Shown here in pieces: positions 57,720-64,000 of a stretch of 64,000 bases of DNA. Positions within the stretch are counted from its first letter, which is position 1; every line of letters begins with the position of its first letter. Under the pieces are notes generated by a model, which made no database searches, had not been told where the DNA came from, and saw only the letters and a list, made by a program, of their open reading frames with translations. The stretch covers positions 64,001 to 128,000 of the forward strand of contig CAWFKQ010000009.1 in assembly GCA_963816395.1 (NCBI GenBank), given 5' to 3'. Source of the DNA: an uncultured delta proteobacterium (GTDB lineage Bacteria > Desulfobacterota > Desulfuromonadia > Desulfuromonadales > JACZKF01). A program made the translations under genes and the position numbers.

Positions 57720-58436
57720 ATGACGAGGAAAGCTGTTGTTCTATATAGCGGTGGTCTTGACTCGACCACCTGTGTGGCAATTGCCCGTGCCGAGGGGTTC
57801 GTCCCCTACGCCCTCAGCTTCGCCTATGGGCAGCGTCACGCCGTCGAGCTGGCCAAGGCCCGGGAGAATGCGCCGAAGATCGGGGCGGCGGAGCACCTGG
57901 TGGTGGATTTCGACCTGCGGCGGATCGGCGGCAGCGCCCTCACTGCAGAGCTCGAGGTGCCGAAGGGCGAACCTGGCGAGGACGCCATCCCGGTCACCTA
58001 TGTTCCTGCCCGCAATACCATCTTTCTCTCCTTCGCCCTGGCCTGGGCCGAGGTGCTGGGCGCCTTCGACATCTTCATCGGGGTGAATGCCCTCGACTAC
58101 TCGGGTTATCCGGATTGCCGTCCCGAGTATATCGAGGCGTTCGAACGCATGGCCAATCTGGCCACGCGGGCCGGGGTGGAAGGGAAGGGGTCATTGCACA
58201 TCCACGCCCCGCTGATCGAATTATCGAAGGCCGAGATCATCTGCCGGGGGCTTTCCCTGGGGGTGGATTACGCCTGTACCCACTCCTGTTACGACCCGAC
58301 ACCCGCTGGTCTCGCCTGCGGCGACTGCGATTCCTGCCGGTTGCGTCTCAAGGGGTTTCGCGAAGCGGGGCTTGTTGATCCGATTGCCTACCTGGCGGGA
58401 AGCCATTCAGCAGCCGCGAGTCGGAAGTCAGAATAA
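57720..58436 (+). CDS. queC: 7-cyano-7-deazaguanine synthase
   Basis: SGGLDS, YGQRH, TYVPARN, YPDCR, CGDCDSC. Confidence 0.97.
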   Translation: MTRKAVVLYSGGLDSTTCVAIARAEGFVPYALSFAYGQRHAVELAKARENAPKIGAAEHLVVDFDLRRIGGSALTAELEVPKGEPGEDAIPVTYVPARNTIFLSFALAWAEVLGAFDIFIGVNALDYSGYPDCRPEYIEAFERMANLATRAGVEGKGSLHIHAPLIELSKAEIICRGLSLGVDYACTHSCYDPTPAGLACGDCDSCRLRLKGFREAGLVDPIAYLAGSHSAAASRKSE

Positions 58437-58500
58437 AGTCCCATCTCGCTCCCCCTTGTGTTCTTATTAAATCACATCCCTGAATCCCAGAGGTCGTCCC

Positions 58501-59280
58501 ATGTCCAGCATGCCCGATCTGCAGCGTTCCCCCGACACCCGCAACATCGCCATCGATAAGGTCGGGGTGAAGGATATCCGCTATCCCATTATGGTCATGG
58601 ACAAAAGCAAGGTACAGCAGCATACCGTGGCCCGCATCAACATGTACGTGGATCTTCCCCACCATTTCAAGGGGACCCACATGAGCCGGTTCATCGAGAT
58701 CCTCAACCAGTACCGGGGGGAGATCACCATCCGTAATATGGGGAAAATCCTGCAGGAGATGAAAGACCGGCTGGAGGCCTCCTGTGCCCACATGGAGCTG
58801 GAATTCCCCTATTTCATTGAGAAGGAAGCCCCGGTTTCCCGCGCCCGCGGCTTGATGGAATACCAGTGTCGGCTGCGAGGCACCCTGGGCAAGGAAAAGG
58901 ATTTCGTTCTGGCGGTGACGGTGCCGGTGACCTCCCTCTGCCCCTGTTCGCGGGAAATCAGCGCCCGCGGCGCCCACAACCAGCGCAGCGCGGTGACGGT
59001 GGAGATCCGGATGAAAAGGTTCATCTGGATCGAGGACCTGATCGCCTGGGTGGAAGAATGCGGCAGCGCCCCGGTGTACTCCCTGCTCAAGCGGGAGGAC
59101 GAGAAAGCGGTCACTGAGATGGCTTACGATCATCCGATGTTTGTCGAAGATATCGTGCGGGCGGTCACCGAGAAGCTGCAGGCGGTTCCGGACATCCTGT
59201 GGTTCCGGGTGGAGTGTGAAAATTTCGAATCGATTCACAAGCATTCCGCCTATGCCCTGGTGGAAATCGACCATCGATAG
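58501..59280 (+). CDS. folE2: GTP cyclohydrolase I type IB
   Basis: PDLQ, IDKVGV, KGTHMSRF, LCPCS, AHNQR, KREDE, ESIH. Confidence 0.96.
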   Translation: MSSMPDLQRSPDTRNIAIDKVGVKDIRYPIMVMDKSKVQQHTVARINMYVDLPHHFKGTHMSRFIEILNQYRGEITIRNMGKILQEMKDRLEASCAHMELEFPYFIEKEAPVSRARGLMEYQCRLRGTLGKEKDFVLAVTVPVTSLCPCSREISARGAHNQRSAVTVEIRMKRFIWIEDLIAWVEECGSAPVYSLLKREDEKAVTEMAYDHPMFVEDIVRAVTEKLQAVPDILWFRVECENFESIHKHSAYALVEIDHR

Positions 59281-59293
59281 CGCTATCCCCCAT

Positions 59294-59323
59294 TGTGGAT
59301 AACCCTGTGAAAACGGTGGAAAA
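59294..59323. promoter_or_regulatory. DnaA-box cluster downstream of folE2
   Basis: TGTGGATAA (perfect) followed by TGTGAAAAC and GGTGGAAAA. Confidence 0.55.
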
Positions 59324-59999
59324 GTCACGGCAGGCGCCTTCCGCGGCCCTTGGCGGGAGAGCTGTTCTGGGGATATTTGCCAAGGAACCGGTGCCGGGGC
59401 AGGTGAAAACCCGGCTCTGCCCTCCCTTCTCGCCGGAACAGGCAGCCGAATTTCACCGCCTTGCTCTCGCCGAGACGGTGGCCGCAATGAGCGGCGGCTC
59501 CTTTGCCCTGGTCCTCTGCCACACCGGCGGCGGCGACTTTTTCCGCCGCTGCTTCCCCGGTCTGCCCCTGCTGGCGCAGGGGGAGGGTGACCTGGGGAGG
59601 CGCATGGAGCGGACGCTGCGGCGATTGCTCGCCGCCGGCTGCCGGTCGGCGGCGCTGATCGGGGCCGACACCCCGGACCTGCCGCGCTCCCTGGCCGAAA
59701 ACGCCTTCACCGCCCTGGAAAGAGCCGACTTCGTCACCGCCCCGGCGGCCGACGGCGGCTACGTGCTGGTTGGGGTCAAAAGCCCGCAGCCGGTGCTGTT
59801 CAGGGATATCCCCTGGGGGTCCCCGGAGGTCCTCGCCGTCACCCGCTGCCGGGCAGCGGCACTGGCGATCGCCTATAGCGAAATTGCAGGGTGGGACGAT
59901 ATTGACGATCCGCCCTCCCTCGAGCGGCTGCTGGCGCGGGCGCCGACCTCAGCCGCGGCGCGCTTTGCCGCCGGGGTGCTGGGCGTGGATCGCGTCTAG
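59295..59999 (+). CDS. DUF2064 / TIGR04282-like transferase (CofC-like nucleotidyltransferase fold); start uncertain
   Basis: FAKEP.PG.VKTRL, QGEGDLG.RM, IGADTP, PAADGGY.L.G, IPW, DIDD. Confidence 0.85.
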   Translation: MDNPVKTVEKSRQAPSAALGGRAVLGIFAKEPVPGQVKTRLCPPFSPEQAAEFHRLALAETVAAMSGGSFALVLCHTGGGDFFRRCFPGLPLLAQGEGDLGRRMERTLRRLLAAGCRSAALIGADTPDLPRSLAENAFTALERADFVTAPAADGGYVLVGVKSPQPVLFRDIPWGSPEVLAVTRCRAAALAIAYSEIAGWDDIDDPPSLERLLARAPTSAAARFAAGVLGVDRV

Positions 60000-60729
60000 C
60001 GGTCGAGAAGCAGGCGCTCGGGATGAAGGCCCTGCAGCCGGCTGTACAAGGTTTCCCCCTGGGGGTCCGCTATCAGATGCAGCCAGCCGCCGATATGGAC
60101 GAGGTGGCGCCCGGGGGCGAGGAGCCGACGGATCTCCGCCGCCATTCTCGCATCGCGCCGGCCGATCCCGTCAGTTCCCCGCCGAGCGTTGAGAAAGGCC
60201 AGGCGCACCGCCGCCGGCCTTTCCTGCAGGAGCAGGGCGCGGGCGATCTCAGCCCCTTCGGCTGATGATCGACAAGGCGGCAGGGCGAGCAGCGCCCGCA
60301 GGTTCTCCGGGGTGATCAGCTCTCTTTCCACCAGACGCAGCTGGCGGGCGGAAATCGGGGAAAGATCGAGTAAGGTGAGAGGAGATATCGGCCGCCCGGG
60401 CGTAAGCGGCCGCTGCCCGGTACTCGAATGGCAGGGCCAGGAGCCGGCGGATGCCGGCGACCTCCGGGTGTCCGGCGAGCTCCCGCCGCTTCCGGCCGGT
60501 CTCGATGGCGAGCCGGTCGAGCAGCGTTTCCAGTCTGGAGAGGAGGAGCGGGCCGCGGCGCTGCCGGAAAGCCAGGGCATATGGGCTCATTTCCAAGGTG
60601 AGGCGGGTGGGCCGCAAATCACCCAAGCAACCGACGCAGACAGGCCGCTCCCCGCCAGCGATGCACAGTGCCCACCAGGGTGAGGCGCGCGGGGCTGTCA
60701 GCCCCTTTAACCTCGGAGAGTGGCCGCAT
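59996..60729 (-). CDS. Uncharacterised protein with TraB/Tiki-like motifs, two frameshifts; start uncertain
   Basis: Joined frames give LTLVGTVH, RLTLEMS, PFEY.AA, RRDARMA, LVHIGGWLHL. Confidence 0.6.
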
Positions 60730-61915
60730 AGCCGGCTTGCGCCAGGCGCTCGAGGATCTCGCGGATATGCTCGGCTCCGCGGGTCTCCAGCTCCAGACGA
60801 ATCTCGGCCCGTTCCAGGGGAAGTCCAGCCGAGCGGCGGTCGTGGCTGATGTGGAAGACATTGGCTCCCAGTTCGGCCAGCAGGGTCGCCAGGGCGGCGA
60901 GGGAACCAGGGGTATCGAGAAGCTCCAGACGCAGCTGGAGATAGCGCCCTTCCGCCATCATTCCCCGCTGCACCACCCGAGAGATCGTCTGTACATCGAT
61001 GTTGCCGCCGGAGAGGAGGCAGACTGTCGGGCCGCCACACGGCAGATGATGGCCGTAAAGGACGGCCGCCAGGCTCACCGCCCCGGCTCCCTCCACCACC
61101 AGCTTCCTTTTCTCCATCAGACCGACGATGGCCTGGGCGATTTCCTCCTCTTCGACCGTGACCAATTCATCCACCAGATCCTCGATGACGGGAAAGGTCA
61201 ACCGGCCAAGGCTTTTGACAACGATTCCGTCGGCGAGTGAGCGGGCGGCGGCAAGGGTCACCGGCGCTCCCCGCCGGCGGGAGAGAAGGGCGGCCGGAGC
61301 GCCGGCGGCCTCCACTCCCACCAGGCGCAGCCCGGGTTTGATACCCTTGGCGGCGAGGGCGATTCCGGCTATCAGGCCGCCGCCGCCGATGGGAACGACC
61401 AGGGTTTCCACGGCCGGCAGGTCCTCGAGAATTTCCAGGCCGATCGTTCCCTGCCCGGCGATGACCAGCCGGTGATCGAAGGCCGGGATGTAGAGCAGTT
61501 CCCGGTCCGTGGCGAGTTCTTCAGCCAGCGCCGCCGCCTCGTCGAAGCCGGCCCCGTGCAGCACCACTTCGGCGCCGTAGTGGCGGGTGGCGAGCACCTT
61601 CGCCAGCGGGGTTGTCTCCGGCATCACCACCAGGGCCGGCACCCCCTGCTGACCGGCAGCGCAGGCCACTCCCTGGGCATGATTGCCGGCCGAGGCGGTA
61701 ATGACCCCTCGTTTGAGGGCGGATGGCGGCTGCTGCAGGAGGAAATTGAGAGCCCCGCGGATCTTGAAGGAGCCGGTTCGCTGCAGGTTTTCGCACTTGA
61801 AAAAGAGCGGCCGGCCGATGACCGATGAAAAGTACTCGGATTGGATCAATTCGGTCCGGCGGATGCGCCCCTGCAGGAGGGCGGCGGCCTGGCGGATGGC
61901 GGCGAGATCGGGCAT
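60707..61915 (-). CDS. ilvA: Threonine ammonia-lyase with a C-terminal ACT domain
   Basis: KCENLQRTGSFKIRGA, SAGNHAQG, PIGGGGL, SGGNID, ACT LLDTPGSL. Confidence 0.93.
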   Translation of the reverse strand: MPDLAAIRQAAALLQGRIRRTELIQSEYFSSVIGRPLFFKCENLQRTGSFKIRGALNFLLQQPPSALKRGVITASAGNHAQGVACAAGQQGVPALVVMPETTPLAKVLATRHYGAEVVLHGAGFDEAAALAEELATDRELLYIPAFDHRLVIAGQGTIGLEILEDLPAVETLVVPIGGGGLIAGIALAAKGIKPGLRLVGVEAAGAPAALLSRRRGAPVTLAAARSLADGIVVKSLGRLTFPVIEDLVDELVTVEEEEIAQAIVGLMEKRKLVVEGAGAVSLAAVLYGHHLPCGGPTVCLLSGGNIDVQTISRVVQRGMMAEGRYLQLRLELLDTPGSLAALATLLAELGANVFHISHDRRSAGLPLERAEIRLELETRGAEHIREILERLAQAGYAATLRG

Positions 61916-62060
61916 GGTGTCCTCCCGCAGAATTCTCTTCCAGCATAACGCGGCCGCAGTCTCCTGACAATATGGCTGACGCGTGGGTCCCCAGACGCTG
62001 GATACTCATTTAACTGATTGAAAAATCGAAGATAAATAATACAGTGCGGGGCGATAGCGG

Positions 62061-62089
62061 TTGACTTGCGGTGGCGAATGGCCGATAAT
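62061..62089 (+). promoter_or_regulatory. Putative sigma70 promoter of tolQRA
   Basis: TTGACT-N17-GATAAT. Confidence 0.55.
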
Positions 62090-62165
62090 CCCCCCCGGTG
62101 CCCCGTTCCCGGCCGGTTGCTGACGGGGCCGTCCATTTCCGTAACTAAAAAAGGGAGGCGGAACG

Positions 62166-62834
62166 TTGGAACTTGTTCTCGGTGCCGGACCGGTAGTCAA
62201 GCTGGTCCTGCTTATCCTGGCTTATTTCTCGGTCGTTTCCTGGGCGATCATCTTCTATAAATTCCGCTCCATTCACCGGGCCATCCGCGATTCGGAACGT
62301 TTTCTCGATTTTTTCTGGGCGAAGAAGCGTTTCGACGCCATCAGCCATGGGCTTAAGGATTTTCCGGGCTCGCCGCTGGCGGTGCTGTTTCGCGAAGGCT
62401 TTCAGGAGCTGATCAAGACCCAGCGGCGGCGCGACGGAGAGGAGGAGGGCTTCTCCGCCGAAATTACGGGAAGCGGGAATGTGGCCCGGGCCCTGCGCCG
62501 GGCCACCACCCTGGAGACCCATCGGCTGGAGAAGTTTCTGACCTTTCTCGCCACCACCGGCTCCACGGCCCCTTTCATCGGCCTGTTCGGCACCGTCTGG
62601 GGGATTATGGATTCTTTCCACGGCATCGGCCAGAGCGGCAGCGCCTCTCTGGCGGTAGTCGCCCCGGGGATCTCCGAAGCCCTGGTGGCGACCGCCATCG
62701 GCCTGGTGGCGGCCATACCCGCGGTCATGGGATACAACCATTTCGTCAACAAGGTGAACGTGCTCACCGGCGAGATGGACAATTTCAGCCAGGAGTTCCT
62801 CAACATCATCGAGCGCCAGGCGCGGAGGAGCTGA
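62166..62834 (+). CDS. tolQ: Tol-Pal system protein TolQ
   Basis: SVVSWAII, LATTGSTAPFIGLFGTVWGIM, VAPGISEALVATA. Confidence 0.93.
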   Translation: MELVLGAGPVVKLVLLILAYFSVVSWAIIFYKFRSIHRAIRDSERFLDFFWAKKRFDAISHGLKDFPGSPLAVLFREGFQELIKTQRRRDGEEEGFSAEITGSGNVARALRRATTLETHRLEKFLTFLATTGSTAPFIGLFGTVWGIMDSFHGIGQSGSASLAVVAPGISEALVATAIGLVAAIPAVMGYNHFVNKVNVLTGEMDNFSQEFLNIIERQARRS

Positions 62835-62836
62835 AG

Positions 62837-63259
<423 letters not shown>

Positions 63260-63280
63260 GTCCGAAGACGCACCCGACCA

Positions 63281-64000
63281 ATGGTCCGTAATCGACCTTA
63301 TCAGCGGGGGATGGCTGCGAACCCCGAGGCGGGGATGGGGCGCATGATGCTCCTGTCCCTCGGTCTGCACGTGGGTATTGTGCTCCTTTTTGCCGGGGTG
63401 CTGCTGCCCCGTTTCCACCGGCAGCCGCCGCCCGTCTACTATGTCGACCTGGTCAACCTGCCGGTGCCGGAGCCCCAGGCCGGCCGGCCCGATGCCCGTC
63501 CCGAACCGCAGATCAAACCGGAAGCGAAGCACCGGCGCCGATGCCAAAAACCGAAAAACCGCAGCCGGAACCGGAACCGGAACTGAAGGCGGAGCCTGCG
63601 AAACCTCCGGAGCCCGAACCGAAAGCGGAGCCTGTCAAACCGCCGGAGCCCGAACCGAAAGTCGTCATTCCGGCCAAACCGGAACCGAAGCCGCAGCCGA
63701 AACCAGCGCCCGAGCCGCCGAAACCGCGGCCCGAGCCGAAACCGCAGCCGGCGAAAAAAGCGCCGCCGCCGGTCAGACCGGAGAAGCCGTCAAAAGAACA
63801 ATATCAGGGCGCGCTGGAAAAGATGGAGAAGATGCGGCGGGAGCAGGAAATCGCCGATTTGAAACGGAAACTTGCGGCCATGGCCGCAGACGACCCCCGC
63901 AAGCAGCCGGCGCCGGCCGAGGCGCCGGTGGGGATGCCGACCGGCAAGGGGACGCAGGCCGGGCCCGATGAGCAGGCGTGGATCCAGGAATTTCTGAAAG
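63281..64000 (+). CDS. tolA: TolA/TonB-like energy transducer; frameshifted, runs off the window end
   Basis: TM segment with S..LH motif, then a Pro/Glu/Lys-rich linker; follows tolQR. Confidence 0.8.
63589..63660 (+). repeat. 36-bp coding tandem repeat, two copies (AEP[AV]KPPEPEPK)
   Basis: GCGGAGCCTGCGAAACCTCCGGAGCCCGAACCGAAA / GCGGAGCCTGTCAAACCGCCGGAGCCCGAACCGAAA. Confidence 0.85.

Noticed and set aside
58437..58500. Possible preQ1 riboswitch near queC/folE2
   Set aside because: No preQ1 stem-loop with an A-rich tail could be identified here or upstream of queC
57720..59280. queC-folE2 as part of a dpd 7-deazaguanine DNA-modification system
   Set aside because: No dpdA/tgt-like or other dpd genes nearby; the context is housekeeping
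60615..60625. In-frame TGA as possible selenocysteine in the TraB-like gene
   Set aside because: Coding continues in a different frame at a GGG run, so this is a frameshift and not readthrough
63540..63800. Repeat array near the window end as a possible CRISPR array or VNTR
   Set aside because: Encodes the ordinary Pro/Glu/Lys-rich linker of TolA/TonB and has no unique spacers

Overview
This window is core chromosome around the replication origin of a high-GC Desulfuromonadales-like deltaproteobacterium (Desulfuromonas/Geobacter relatives; inferred from gene order and protein style). Left of the origin most genes lie on the - strand: cls, ktr/trk, uvrA, pdxA, surA-ppiC-mfd-nadA, dinB, atpF'FHAGDC, bactofilin-parB-parA, rsmG-mnmG-mnmE-yidC-yidD-rnpA-rpmH. 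Right of it most lie on the + strand: dnaA-dnaN-recF-gyrB-gyrA, gpsA, ppiA, nth, pyk-queC-folE2, tolQRA. About 19 genes, several of them essential (dnaA, gyrB, atpD, yidC, rnpA), are split by small indels, almost certainly long-read assembly errors. I found no tRNA, rRNA, CRISPR array, prophage or transposase, and no convincing new multi-gene system. The best leads are non-coding: (1) an exact 14-bp operator-like word GTATACAGTATACA shared by a gntR promoter and the atp operon leader; (2) GTAG-type REP-like palindromes, one apparently inside the uvrA coding sequence; (3) three 7-bp-periodic inverted-repeat spacers; (4) a Bacillus-like origin unwinding module in the dnaA-dnaN spacer plus two satellite DnaA-box clusters; (5) a perfect parS site near parA-parB-bactofilin. 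Protein leads are an EEP-fold protein with substituted catalytic residues, a TraB/Tiki-like orphan, an 8xCxxC zinc-ribbon protein and a stand-alone tandem GAF protein.
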